The notes under the pieces were generated by a model, which made no database searches, was not told the DNA's origin, and worked only from the letters and a program-made list of their open reading frames with translations. Positions 41,861 to 54,253 of a stretch of 64,000 nt of DNA are shown in pieces; the stretch's first letter is position 1; each line of letters starts with the position of its first letter. The translations under genes were made by a program, and so were the position numbers. Source of the stretch: Anaeromyxobacteraceae bacterium (GTDB taxonomy: Bacteria; Myxococcota; Myxococcia; Myxococcales; Anaeromyxobacteraceae); NCBI GenBank assembly GCA_032654565.1, contig JAULAX010000018.1:128001-192000 (forward strand), in the 5' to 3' direction.

Positions 41861-41912
41861 GTCCGAACCGGGCACATGGGTAACAAAGTAGACCGGGCAC
41901 ATAGGTGGCACA
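41861..41912. mobile_element. Orphan IS481-like terminal sequence
   Basis: Tandem ACCGGGCACATGGGTAACA and ACCGGGCACATAGGTGGCA resemble repeated transposase sites at IS481 ends; no transposase present. Confidence 0.5.
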
Positions 41913-41926
41913 CGCTGGGTACGTGC

Positions 41927-42208
41927 ATGGAGGTGCGCCGGCGACAGCGGCTGCTCGAGCACTTCCCCCAGGTCGTCGGGCCGCTCCGCGAGGGCAGGTT
42001 TTGCCTGTCGACCACCGCGGAGCTCCTGCCGCGCGAGCAACCGCCGCTCCGCACCCTGGTGACGAACCTGCTGTCCGGGCCAGGGCCAGGCCGGGAGGCG
42101 ATTCCTTCGACGACCGAAGTCGTTCGGACGTCCGAACTGCGCCCGGCACTTCTCGCGCCGGACGCAACGCCCCGGGCCCGGCTCTCACCTGAACACCTCC
42201 ACCACTGA
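41927..42208 (+). pseudogene. Fragment resembling myxobacterial multicopy HNH/DUF222-like proteins
   Basis: LLEHFPQVVGPLREGRFCLST, AELLPREQPPLRTLVT, VRTSEL; no HNH domain; family recalled from memory. Confidence 0.45.
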
Positions 42209-42248
42209 AAGCTTGCGCAGTGTCAGGGGTCGGTGGCAGACTCCGCCC

Positions 42249-44048
42249 ATGCTGACCACCCTGCGAATCTCCGGCTTCGCCATCGTCGACGCGGTGGAGG
42301 TGCGGTTCGGCCACGGGCTGAACGTCCTCACCGGGGAGACCGGCGCCGGCAAGTCGATCCTGGTGAACGCCCTCCACCTGGTGCTGGGCGGCCGCATGAG
42401 CGCCGAGGTGCTGCGCGACGGCGCCGACGAGGCGGTGGTGGAGGCGCTCTTCGAGCTCCCCTACGACCACCCGGTCTTCTCCCGCCTCGGCGGCGTGGGG
42501 GTGGCGGCGCCGCCGGTGGGCGAGCCGGCCGAGCTGCTGGTGCGCCGGGTGGCGCAGCGGGGCGGGCGCGGCCGGGCCTACGTCAACGGCGTGCTGGTCA
42601 CCGCCTCGGTGCTGGCCGAGGCGCTGCGCGGCGTGGTCGACGTCTCCGGACAGCACGAGCACGTCTCGCTCCTCGACGAGGCCACCCACCTCTCCCTCCT
42701 CGACGCCTTCGCCGGGCTCGACGCCCCGGCCGGCGGCGTGGCGCCGGCGCTGACCCGCTACCGCGAGACCTTCGGGCGGCTGGCCACCCTGTGCCGCGAG
42801 CGCGACACCCTGCAGAGCGACCAGGCCGAGCGCGGCCGCCGCGCCGACTACCTGGCCTTCCAGCTGAAGGAGCTCGACGCCGTCGATCCGAGGCCGGGGG
42901 AGGACGCCGCCCTCGACGGCGAGCGGCGGGTGCTGGCCAGCGCCGAGAAGCTGCGCGAGGCGGCCGGGCTGGCCGAGGGGCTGGTGTACGGCGAGGACGG
43001 CAGCGCCAGCGAGCAGGTGGGGCAGGCGGTCCGCGCCCTCGCCGACGCCGCCGCGCTCGACCCGCGCCTCGCCGGGCCGCTGCAGCTGCTCCGCTCGGCG
43101 GCCATCGAGCTGACCGAGGCGGGGCGCGAGCTCGGCCACTACGCCGAGACCGTGGGGGGCGACGCCGAGCGGCTGCAGGCCATCGAGGACCGGCTGGAGG
43201 CCCTGAAGGCGCTCTGCCGCAAGCACGGCGGCTCGCTGGAGGCGGCGCTGGCGCGCCGGGCGGAGATGGCGGCCGAGCTGGCCTCGCTGACCGGCGGCGG
43301 GGAGCGGCTGGCGGCGCTGGCCCCGGAGATCGACGCCGCCGGCGCCGAGGCGGCCACGCTGGCCAGCGTCATCACCCGGGCCCGGCAGAAGGCGGCCCGG
43401 ACCTTCTGCGCCGCGGTCGAGGCCGAGCTCTCCGGGCTGGCCATGGCCCGCTGCCGGCTGGAGGTGGCCTTCTCGCCCCCGGCGGGCGGCGTGCCGGCGG
43501 GCGGGGCGCTGCTCGGCCCCGACGGCGCCGAGCAGGCGCTCTACCTGCTCGCCCCCAACCCGGGCGAGACGCCCCGGCCGCTGGCGCGCATCGCCTCGGG
43601 CGGCGAGCTGTCGCGGCTGCTGCTGGCGGTGAAGCGGACCCTGGCGCGGCGCGACCCGGTGCTCACCTACGTCTTCGACGAGGTCGACTCCGGCATCGGC
43701 GGCGCCGTGGCCGAGGCCATGGGGCGGGTGCTGGCCGAGGTGGCGGGGGGCCGGCAGGTCATCTGCATCACCCACCTGCCGCAGATCGCCGCCTTCGCCG
43801 ACCGCCACCACCAGGTCTCGAAGCGGGTGGTGGGAGGGCGGACCACATCCGAGGTGGCGCTGCTGGCCGGCGCCGACGAGCGGCGGCAGGAGGTGGCCCG
43901 GATGATGGCCGGGGCCACGGTGACGTCGGCGGCGCTGGAGCACGCCGGGGCGCTCATCGCCGCGGCGCGGACCGGGGCCGGGGCGGAGCGGGGGAGGCGG
44001 GCGGCGCCGGGGCGGGCCGCGGCCCGCTCGGCTTCCCTCTCACCCTGA
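42249..44048 (+). CDS. recN: DNA repair protein RecN
   Basis: LTGETGAGKS, GQHEH, IASGGELSR, FDEVDSGIGG, QVICITHLPQIAA. Confidence 0.96.
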   Translation: MLTTLRISGFAIVDAVEVRFGHGLNVLTGETGAGKSILVNALHLVLGGRMSAEVLRDGADEAVVEALFELPYDHPVFSRLGGVGVAAPPVGEPAELLVRRVAQRGGRGRAYVNGVLVTASVLAEALRGVVDVSGQHEHVSLLDEATHLSLLDAFAGLDAPAGGVAPALTRYRETFGRLATLCRERDTLQSDQAERGRRADYLAFQLKELDAVDPRPGEDAALDGERRVLASAEKLREAAGLAEGLVYGEDGSASEQVGQAVRALADAAALDPRLAGPLQLLRSAAIELTEAGRELGHYAETVGGDAERLQAIEDRLEALKALCRKHGGSLEAALARRAEMAAELASLTGGGERLAALAPEIDAAGAEAATLASVITRARQKAARTFCAAVEAELSGLAMARCRLEVAFSPPAGGVPAGGALLGPDGAEQALYLLAPNPGETPRPLARIASGGELSRLLLAVKRTLARRDPVLTYVFDEVDSGIGGAVAEAMGRVLAEVAGGRQVICITHLPQIAAFADRHHQVSKRVVGGRTTSEVALLAGADERRQEVARMMAGATVTSAALEHAGALIAAARTGAGAERGRRAAPGRAAARSASLSP

Positions 44049-44120
44049 GCAAAATGTGGGGCGGAGGACCCCGGAACTCCGTTTGACCCTCGCTCGATCG
44101 CAAGGGTACGCTCCGAGCGA

Positions 44121-44939
44121 ATGGCCTCACCGCCCCTCCGGATCGCCGCGCGCGGCCTGACTGACGTCGGCCAGCGGCGCGAGCAGAACCAGGACGCGCT
44201 GCTCATCGACGAGCCGCTCGGCCTCTTCGTCGTCGCCGACGGCATGGGCGGCCACGCCGGAGGCGGCACCGCCTCGCGCATCGCCGTCGAGACCATCCGC
44301 AAGGCCATCCAGCTGGCCCGCGAGGAGGAGCCCGCCCTGTTCGGGTCGGGCGCCGAGGGGGAGGAGAACCCGCTCCCCGACGTGCTGGGCCACGCCGTCG
44401 AGCAGGCCTGCGCCGCCATCTTCGAGGCCTCCCAGGCCGACACCGAGCTGGCCGGGATGGGGACCACGGTCACCGCCGTGCTGGTGGACGGCCACTCCGC
44501 CTTCGTCGCCCACGTCGGCGACAGCCGGGCCTACCTGCTCCGCGCCGGCCACATCTACCAGGTCACCCAGGACCACTCCCTGGTCGCCGAGCAGCTGCGC
44601 AGCGGCGTGATCACCGAGGAGGACGCCCGCAACAGCCGCTACAAGAACATCATCACCCGCTCGGTCGGCTTCGAGCGCGAGGTGCTGGTCGACCTGATGG
44701 GGCTGGAGCTGGAGGCCGGGGACGCCATCGTCTCCTGCAGCGACGGCCTGACCAACCTGGTGGACGACCAGGAGATCCTCTCCCTGGTCGAGGAGGCCGG
44801 GACCGACGCGGTGGAGCGGCTGGTCGATCTCGCCAACGAGCGGGGCGGGGACGACAACATCACCGTGGCCATGGTCCTGCTCGGCGAGCCCGGAGCGGAG
44901 GCCCCGAATGGGGCGTCCTCCGAGCCGCCCCTTCCTTGA
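44121..44939 (+). CDS. PP2C-family Ser/Thr phosphatase
   Basis: VADGMGGH, GMGTT, HVGDSRAY, SDGL, GGDDNIT. Confidence 0.93.
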   Translation: MASPPLRIAARGLTDVGQRREQNQDALLIDEPLGLFVVADGMGGHAGGGTASRIAVETIRKAIQLAREEEPALFGSGAEGEENPLPDVLGHAVEQACAAIFEASQADTELAGMGTTVTAVLVDGHSAFVAHVGDSRAYLLRAGHIYQVTQDHSLVAEQLRSGVITEEDARNSRYKNIITRSVGFEREVLVDLMGLELEAGDAIVSCSDGLTNLVDDQEILSLVEEAGTDAVERLVDLANERGGDDNITVAMVLLGEPGAEAPNGASSEPPLP

Positions 44940-45036
44940 CACCCTTAAGCGGGGTCTGCTACCCGTTCCCCTCTGGATGGCTGGAGCCCCCGCTCCGGCC
45001 CGTTCCGCGTCCGCTCCAGGAGCTCCCGAAGCCGCC

Positions 45037-45954
45037 ATGGCCGAAGCGCCCAAGTCCCAGATCTTCACGGTCATCGTGGTCTCCGACCACAGCCAGGCCG
45101 TGCGCAAGTTCCGGGTCCCGAAGCCCTGGCTCCAGAAGCTGGCCTGGGGGGGGCTGGCGCTGGGCACCGTGGCCCTGATCACCGGCATCCACTACCTGAC
45201 CCTGCTGTCCGCCTCCTCGGAGAACTCGACGCTGCGGGAGGAGAACTCCCAGCTGCGCAGCCAGGTGCTGCTGGTCCAGGAGAAGGTGGCCCACATCAGC
45301 GCCACCCTCGACCGGGTCGAGCGGTTCGACGCCAAGCTCCGCACCGCGGTGACCTCGCTGCAGGACCCGGAGCGCAACCTGGCCATCGGGCCGGTGGGGA
45401 GCTCGGAGCCGGAGACCATCCCGGCCGGCCCCATCCCCGCCGCCGAGCAGAACGTCAAGGCGCTCCCCGGCCGGCTCGGGTCGCTGGAGGCCGACGCCGC
45501 CCGCTCCGAGCAGAGCCTGCGCCAGCTCCAGGAGTACTTCGACGACCAGCGCTCGCTGCTGGCCTCGACCCCGTCCATCTGGCCGACGCACGGCTGGGTC
45601 ACCTCCGACTTCGGCACCCGGCTCGATCCCTACTCCGACGACCGGAAGATGCACGAGGGGCTCGACGTCGCCACCCCGCACGGGCAGCCGGTCACCTCGC
45701 CGTCCGACGGCGTGGTGGTCTTCAACGGCGTCGAGGGGGGCTACGGCAAGGTGCTGGTCATCGACCACGGCTACGGCGTCAAGACCCGCTACGGCCACCT
45801 CTCCGAGACCTTCGTCCGGGTGGGCGACCGGGTGAAGCGGGGCGACAAGGTGGCCGGGGTGGGCAACACCGGCAAGTCGACCGGGCCCCACCTGCACTAC
45901 GAGGTGCGGGTCAACGGCATCCCCGAGAACCCGCGCAAGTTCATCCTCGAGTAG
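45037..45954 (+). CDS. M23 family peptidase
   Basis: N-terminal TM and coiled coil, HEGLD, YGHL, STGPHLHYEV. Confidence 0.92.
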   Translation: MAEAPKSQIFTVIVVSDHSQAVRKFRVPKPWLQKLAWGGLALGTVALITGIHYLTLLSASSENSTLREENSQLRSQVLLVQEKVAHISATLDRVERFDAKLRTAVTSLQDPERNLAIGPVGSSEPETIPAGPIPAAEQNVKALPGRLGSLEADAARSEQSLRQLQEYFDDQRSLLASTPSIWPTHGWVTSDFGTRLDPYSDDRKMHEGLDVATPHGQPVTSPSDGVVVFNGVEGGYGKVLVIDHGYGVKTRYGHLSETFVRVGDRVKRGDKVAGVGNTGKSTGPHLHYEVRVNGIPENPRKFILE

Positions 45955-46041
45955 CGACGTCGCGGAGACCTCGGCGGCTCCCTCACAGGCCCCGCGGCGC
46001 CCCTCCCGACCCCTCACCGGCTCCGCAGCGGCCCCGCTCCC

Positions 46042-46716
46042 TCACCGGCCCCGCGCCACCCGCGCCAGGTCGATCCGCCCGAACCCCACGAACAGCTCGC
46101 CGGCCAGCGCCGGGGCCCGGTCGTCCTTCGACACCTTGACCCGCAGCGGGGCGTTCAGCTCGGCGCCGTCGGGGGTGCGCATCAGGCCGGGGCGCCGCAG
46201 CGTCAAATGGCCGCGGACCACGCCGGACCCGGCCCGGTGCAGGAAGGTGACGGTGCCGGCCTCGTCGACCCACTCCACCAGCCCGAGGTGGGTGAACGGG
46301 TCGTCGAGGGCGCCGTTGCCGTTCCGGTCCCAGGTGTCCTCGAAGAAGACCAGGTCGCCCGGGGCCGGCCAGTCGCCGCCGCGCCAGCGCTGCCCGTACC
46401 GCCCGGCCGCCGCCCAGAGGGCCGCCACCCCGGAGCTCTCCCCGGGGGCCGCCTGCTGGGCCAGCCGCCGCAGCGGGAGCCCCTCGGCGGCGTAGACCGC
46501 CTCGACGAAGCCGGAGCAGTCGGGGTTGAAGCGCTCGCCGCCGGCCTCGAACGGGGCGTGGCCCTGCCCCAGCCAGCGGTGGCCGCGGGCCGCCAGCCGG
46601 GCCTGCCGGTCGCTCCGGTCGAGCGCTTCACGGATGGTGAGCGAGGTGCCGGCGCACCCGGTGGCGGTGGCCAGGGCCAGGAGCAGCGGCGCCAGGGCGG
46701 GGGAGGGGGTCACCAC
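46042..46716 (-). CDS. NlpC/P60-CHAP-like lipoprotein
   Basis: Lipobox ATGC, DCSGFV, PGDLVFF, THLGLVE. Confidence 0.8.
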   Translation of the reverse strand: MVTPSPALAPLLLALATATGCAGTSLTIREALDRSDRQARLAARGHRWLGQGHAPFEAGGERFNPDCSGFVEAVYAAEGLPLRRLAQQAAPGESSGVAALWAAAGRYGQRWRGGDWPAPGDLVFFEDTWDRNGNGALDDPFTHLGLVEWVDEAGTVTFLHRAGSGVVRGHLTLRRPGLMRTPDGAELNAPLRVKVSKDDRAPALAGELFVGFGRIDLARVARGR

Positions 46717-46852
46717 CCCCGCATCCTAGGGGAGGGGGCCGGGAATCGAAAACCCCAGGATTGACGAGGGGGCAGGAGTGGTTATTGGGATGACTTCGGG
46801 GTAGTGAATGGCCTTCACCCCCCCCCGCCCCACGCGAGGTCGGTACGCCCAC

Positions 46853-49684
<2,832 letters not shown>

Positions 49685-49756
49685 CGCGGCGGTCGCCACG
49701 CGCCAGCCGACCGGGGAGAGGCCCGGTCGCGCCGGCGTGGCGCTCGCCCCTGACGG

Positions 49757-50299
49757 TCAGCCGCCGTCGGGCGAGTGGGGGATGGCCAGCTCCGGCCGCG
49801 ACGGCAGGTTGAGGATCTCCTCCGGGCAGAGCTCGACGATGAAGTCGACGATGTCGCGGATGGAGAGGATCCCGGCCAGCGCCCCCTTGGCGTCGAGCAG
49901 GGGGATGTGGCGGAAGCGCCCCACGCTCATCTTGCTGAGCGCGTAGGCCACCGGGTCGCCCAGCTTGAGGGTCTCCGGACCGGGGGTCATGAACTTCTTC
50001 ACCGGGGCGCTGGACCAGCGCGGGGTGGCCATGGCCCGGCTCACCAGGTCGCGCTCGGTGAACATGCCCACCACCACCTTGCCCTTCTTCACCAGCACCG
50101 CCCCCACCTTCTTCTTGCGCATCAGCTCGGCGGCGCGGGCCACGGTGGCGGTGGGCGACACTGTCACCGCCGGCGACCGGCGCAGCTCGCCGATGGCCGT
50201 CTCCAGCATCTCCCGCCCCACGTCGCGGTGGCGGCCGACCTCCGGCGCCGCCTCGTCGCCTTCCAGGACTTCCAGCTCGTCGTCGTGATCGTGGGCCAT
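49757..50299 (-). CDS. CBS-pair protein
   Basis: GMFTERDL, MTPGPET, FRHIPL, GILSIRD. Confidence 0.85.
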   Translation of the reverse strand: MAHDHDDELEVLEGDEAAPEVGRHRDVGREMLETAIGELRRSPAVTVSPTATVARAAELMRKKKVGAVLVKKGKVVVGMFTERDLVSRAMATPRWSSAPVKKFMTPGPETLKLGDPVAYALSKMSVGRFRHIPLLDAKGALAGILSIRDIVDFIVELCPEEILNLPSRPELAIPHSPDGG

Positions 50300-50572
50300 G
50301 GCCTCTCCTGGTTCGCCCGGCGTGGGCGGCACGGGTGGAGTCACCTGGATCTTCCGCACCCCCGGTGCGGCAGGTCAAGCTCCCACCGGCCCCAGCATGG
50401 ACGTCCCGCGGCCCGCCGACCTTGCGCTCCTTTGTCGCAGCCACGGCTGGTACCACCCGGCGCCGTGGTGGAGGGCGGGGCCCCGGCGGCGGGCGGCGCG
50501 GCCGCTCCGGCCGGGCGGGGGCGAGGTAGGATGGCGGCGGCGCGGCGGTGGGGCGGCGCGGGAGGAGCTCAC

Positions 50573-50821
50573 ATGAAGGCGGCCTTCGTGCTGGTGAAGT
50601 GCGAGTCGGGACGGCTCGGCGAGGTGGCCAACGCCATCGTCGAGCTGGACGGCGTCTCCGAGGTCCACTCCATCACCGGCGAGTACGACCTGCTGGTGAA
50701 GCTCTACGCCGCCGACTACGAGGCCTTCGGCGAGCTGATCCCCACCCGCCTGCAGCGCATCCCCGGGATCCGCCAGACCGACACCATGCTGGCCTTCCAG
50801 GCCTTCACCGCCGGGAGCTGA
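50573..50821 (+). CDS. Lrp/AsnC ligand-binding domain protein
   Basis: GGAGGAG RBS; AFVLVKC, VSEVHSITGEYDLLVK. Confidence 0.85.
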   Translation: MKAAFVLVKCESGRLGEVANAIVELDGVSEVHSITGEYDLLVKLYAADYEAFGELIPTRLQRIPGIRQTDTMLAFQAFTAGS

Positions 50822-50897
50822 GCGGCGGGGAGTCGAGTCGCCGGGAGTTGAACCGCCGGGAGGGGCGCCCGCCCTTGCGCGGGGCCGGGGCCAGGCC

Positions 50898-52004
50898 CTA
50901 GATCCCGGCGCCCGGCTCACCGGAGGGGCCGCCCGCCCCGCCCGCCTCGTCGGCGTCGTCGCGGTCCTCGACGTCGCGCCGCCAGATGCGCAGCGCGGCG
51001 ATGAGGAAGGTGACCACCATGGGGCCGAGCAGCACGCCGATGACGCCGAAGGCGGCCACGCCGCCGAGCAGCGCCAGGAAGACGATGCCGATGGGGAGGG
51101 CCATGCCGCCGCGGAGCAGGTAGGGGCGGGCCAGGGTGTCGACCATCGACACCACCCCGAGGCCCCAGACCAGCAGGAAGAGGGCCGCCACCTCGTGGCC
51201 GGTGGCGTACTGGAGCAGGGCCACGGCCAGCACCACCACCGTGCCGCCCACCGCCGGGACCAGCGCCACCAGGAAGGTGACGGTGGTGAGGAAGAGCGGG
51301 CCCGGGGCGCCGGCCAGCAGGAACCCGACCAGCGCCGCGCCGGCCTGGATGCCGGCGGTGGCCACCGTGGCCACCAGCACCGAGACCGCGGTGCGCCGGA
51401 ACTCGCCGACCAGCTCGCGGAACTGGCCGGGGGCCAGCGGGGCGTTGGCCTCCACCCACTCCACCAGCTTGTGGCCGTCGACCAGGAAGAAGAAGAGCGC
51501 CACCAGCGCCACCACCAGCTTGAGGATGGCCCCGCCGGTGGCGGCCAGGATGCCGCCCAGGGCGCTGAAGGCCTGCCCGCCGCCGGCCCCGACCCGGCGC
51601 TCCAGCTCGGCCAGCAGCTCCGGCAGCGAGGTGAGGATGCGGCGCCCCAGCGGCTCCAGCCAGAGGGGGAGGCGGGCCACCAGCCCGGCGATCCCCTGCG
51701 AGGCCAGCGCCTCGCGCAGCCACTGGAAGCCCTCCACCGCCTGGCCGGCGATGACGGTGAGCAGCGCCGCCACCGGGATGACCAGGGCCACGATCAGCGC
51801 CACCACCAGCAGGCCGGAGGCCCACTCGCGCCGGCCGCGCAGCCGCGCCACCAGCCAGGTCATGGGGCCGCGCAGGGAGGCGGAGATCACCGCCGCCAGC
51901 AGCAGCGAGGTCCAGAAGGGCCAGATCAGCACCACCGTGAGGGCCACCGAGGTGACCACCAGGGCGAGGAGGAAGTACCGCCGCAGCGAGGCCTTGTTGA
52001 CCAT
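50898..52004 (-). CDS. AI-2E family transporter
   Basis: Multi-TM, LFFFLVDG, DTLARP, LGGVAAFG..G.LLGP. Confidence 0.88.
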   Translation of the reverse strand: MVNKASLRRYFLLALVVTSVALTVVLIWPFWTSLLLAAVISASLRGPMTWLVARLRGRREWASGLLVVALIVALVIPVAALLTVIAGQAVEGFQWLREALASQGIAGLVARLPLWLEPLGRRILTSLPELLAELERRVGAGGGQAFSALGGILAATGGAILKLVVALVALFFFLVDGHKLVEWVEANAPLAPGQFRELVGEFRRTAVSVLVATVATAGIQAGAALVGFLLAGAPGPLFLTTVTFLVALVPAVGGTVVVLAVALLQYATGHEVAALFLLVWGLGVVSMVDTLARPYLLRGGMALPIGIVFLALLGGVAAFGVIGVLLGPMVVTFLIAALRIWRRDVEDRDDADEAGGAGGPSGEPGAGI

Positions 52005-52013
52005 GGGGGGGGG

Positions 52014-52721
52014 CTAGAAGTTCACGTGGACGTGCTCGGGTGGGGCGCCGGCGGCGGCCAGGGCCGCCCGCACCTCGGCGACCATGGGTGACATGCCGCA
52101 GACGAAGGCGCTGGCCTGGGCGGGCCGGGCGCCGCCCCAGTCGAGGAGGTGGGCCGCCTCCTGGACCCGGCCGCGGACCCCGGGCCAGGTGTCGTCCTCG
52201 GCCGACGGGCAGAGCACCACCCGCACCCCGTGCCGCTCCCAGCCGAGGTGCTCGGCGCGGTAGGCGAACTCGGCCCCGCGCCGCTGCCCGTAGAACAGCG
52301 CCACCCGGTCCACCTCGTCGCGGCGGGCGATGAGCGCCTGCACCAGCGCGCGGATGGGGGCCATGCCGGAGCCGGCGGCGAAGAGCAGCACGTCGCGCCC
52401 CAGGGCCGCCTCGAGCTGGTAGCCCCGGCCGAAGGGGGGCGTCACCTGCAGCGCCGCGCCGGGCCGGGCCGCCTCGACGACGGCGTCGCCGACCGGGCCG
52501 CCGCGCTTCACCAGCAGCTCCACCCGGCCGTCGGCGGCCGGCGCCGAGGCCAGCGCGAAGTAGCTCTCGCCGGGGGCCACCTTGACCTTGACCACCTGCC
52601 CGGGGCGCTGGTGGGCCGGCGCCGCGGCGGGCGGGAGCTGCAGCCGCAGCGCCCGCAGCCCGGGGGTCTCGTCCCAGGCGGCGGTGACGGTCATGGCGTG
52701 GTGCTCGGTGGGGCCGGCCAT
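52014..52721 (-). CDS. FAD/NAD(P)-binding FNR-like oxidoreductase
   Basis: PGQ, FALAS, AAGSGMAPIR, YGQR, FVCGM. Confidence 0.85.
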   Translation of the reverse strand: MAGPTEHHAMTVTAAWDETPGLRALRLQLPPAAAPAHQRPGQVVKVKVAPGESYFALASAPAADGRVELLVKRGGPVGDAVVEAARPGAALQVTPPFGRGYQLEAALGRDVLLFAAGSGMAPIRALVQALIARRDEVDRVALFYGQRRGAEFAYRAEHLGWERHGVRVVLCPSAEDDTWPGVRGRVQEAAHLLDWGGARPAQASAFVCGMSPMVAEVRAALAAAGAPPEHVHVNF

Positions 52722-52816
52722 GCCGGCCAAGGTAGCACGGGGTGCCCGGGCGCGGTCCGCCGCCCCGGGGGGCAGCGCCCTGGTCCTGGCCCCGCTCGCT
52801 CGCGAACGACGAGGCG

Positions 52817-54253
52817 TCAGGCCGCCGGGCCGGCCAGCGCCTCCTCGGCGGCGCGCCGCCCCCGCTCCAGCGCCGCCTCGTTGACGCCGAGCAGCTGCGG
52901 CTTGGCCCCCAGCGCCTGGCGGACCGCCGCCACCAGGGTCTCGGGCGGGAACAGCCCGGTGGCGGCCACCAGCGCCCCCAGCGCCACCACGTTCTTCACC
53001 ATCTTCTGCCCCAGCTCATGGGCGATGGCGGTGCAGGCCACCGGGATGGCCCGCACCCCGGCCGGCAGCGGCGGCGGCGACGGGATCACCGTGGCGTCGT
53101 AGATCACCAGGCCGCCGGGCTGCACCTCGGGGCCGAAGCGGGCCAGGCTGGGGGCGTTGAAGGCCACCAGGGCGTGGGGGTGGGGGGCGGCCGGGGAGAG
53201 CACCTCGCTCTCGGCGATGCGGACGTCGGCATAGGAGGTGCCGCCGCGCGACTCCGGGCCGTAGCTGGGGATGTGGGTGGCGTCGAACCCCTCGTTGATG
53301 GCCGCCTTGGTGAGGAGCAGGGCGGCGGTCTGGGCGCCGTCGCCGCCGGCCCCGGCCAGCTTGAGGGCGACGTCGTCGCCGAAGGCGGTGACCGGGAAGC
53401 CGCGGCAGAAGCGGGGCGCCGGCGCCGCGGTGGCGCCGATGACCCGCAGCAGCCCGGCCGGGTCGTGGCTGGGCGGCGGCCAGGGCGGGAAGGGCGGGCC
53501 GGCCACCACCGCCTTCTTCACGCCGAGCGGGAAGACCGGGACCATCTGCTCGGCCACCCAGCGCTCGGTCTCGGCGGGGGTGAGCCCGAGGTGGGTGGGG
53601 CACTCGGCCAGCACCTCCACGAAGGCGAAGCCGACCCGGTCGGCCTGCAGCTGGAGCGCCTTCTTGATGGCCTTGCCGGCGCGGACCCGCTGCTTGGGAT
53701 CGAAGAGGGCCACCCGCTCCACGTAGACGGCACCGTCGATCTGGGCGATCAGCTCGGCCATGCGCAGCGGCGAGCCCATCTGGCGGTCGCGGCCGGTCGG
53801 GCTGGTGGCGGTGCGCTGCCCCATCAGCGAGGTGGGGGCCAGCTGGCCGCCGGTCATGCCGTAGATGGCGTTGTTGACGAAGACCACGGTGAAGGGCAGC
53901 CCCAGCTGGGCGGCGTGGATGATCTCGGCGAGGCCGATGGAGGCCAGGTCGCCGTCCCCCTGGTAGCTGATGACGATGGCGTCGGGGTTGGCCAGCTTGT
54001 GGCCGATCCCCACCGCCGGGGCCCGGCCGTGGGGGGCCTGGGTGTTGCCGACGTCCAGGTAGTAGTGGAGGAAGACGCTGCAGCCCACCGGCGAGATGGC
54101 CACCACACGGTCCTGCAGCCCCAGCTCGTCGACGGCGTCGCCGATCAGCTTGTGGACCAGGCCGTGGCCGCAGCCGGGGCAGTAGTGGGTGGAGCGGGCC
54201 TTCAGGCCGGAGGCGTGGTCGTGCCGCTCGAACTTCTCGTAGAAGGTGCTCAC
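52817..54253 (-). CDS. 2-oxoacid:ferredoxin oxidoreductase fused beta-gamma subunit
   Basis: HYCPGCGHG, GDGD...NNAIYGMTGGQ, then AGAGGDG, PSYGPESRGG. Confidence 0.9.
   Translation of the reverse strand: MSTFYEKFERHDHASGLKARSTHYCPGCGHGLVHKLIGDAVDELGLQDRVVAISPVGCSVFLHYYLDVGNTQAPHGRAPAVGIGHKLANPDAIVISYQGDGDLASIGLAEIIHAAQLGLPFTVVFVNNAIYGMTGGQLAPTSLMGQRTATSPTGRDRQMGSPLRMAELIAQIDGAVYVERVALFDPKQRVRAGKAIKKALQLQADRVGFAFVEVLAECPTHLGLTPAETERWVAEQMVPVFPLGVKKAVVAGPPFPPWPPPSHDPAGLLRVIGATAAPAPRFCRGFPVTAFGDDVALKLAGAGGDGAQTAALLLTKAAINEGFDATHIPSYGPESRGGTSYADVRIAESEVLSPAAPHPHALVAFNAPSLARFGPEVQPGGLVIYDATVIPSPPPLPAGVRAIPVACTAIAHELGQKMVKNVVALGALVAATGLFPPETLVAAVRQALGAKPQLLGVNEAALERGRRAAEEALAGPAA

Noticed and set aside
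46761..46790. Sigma70 promoter for secA
   Set aside because: Good TTGACG, but no convincing -10 at 16-18 bp spacing.
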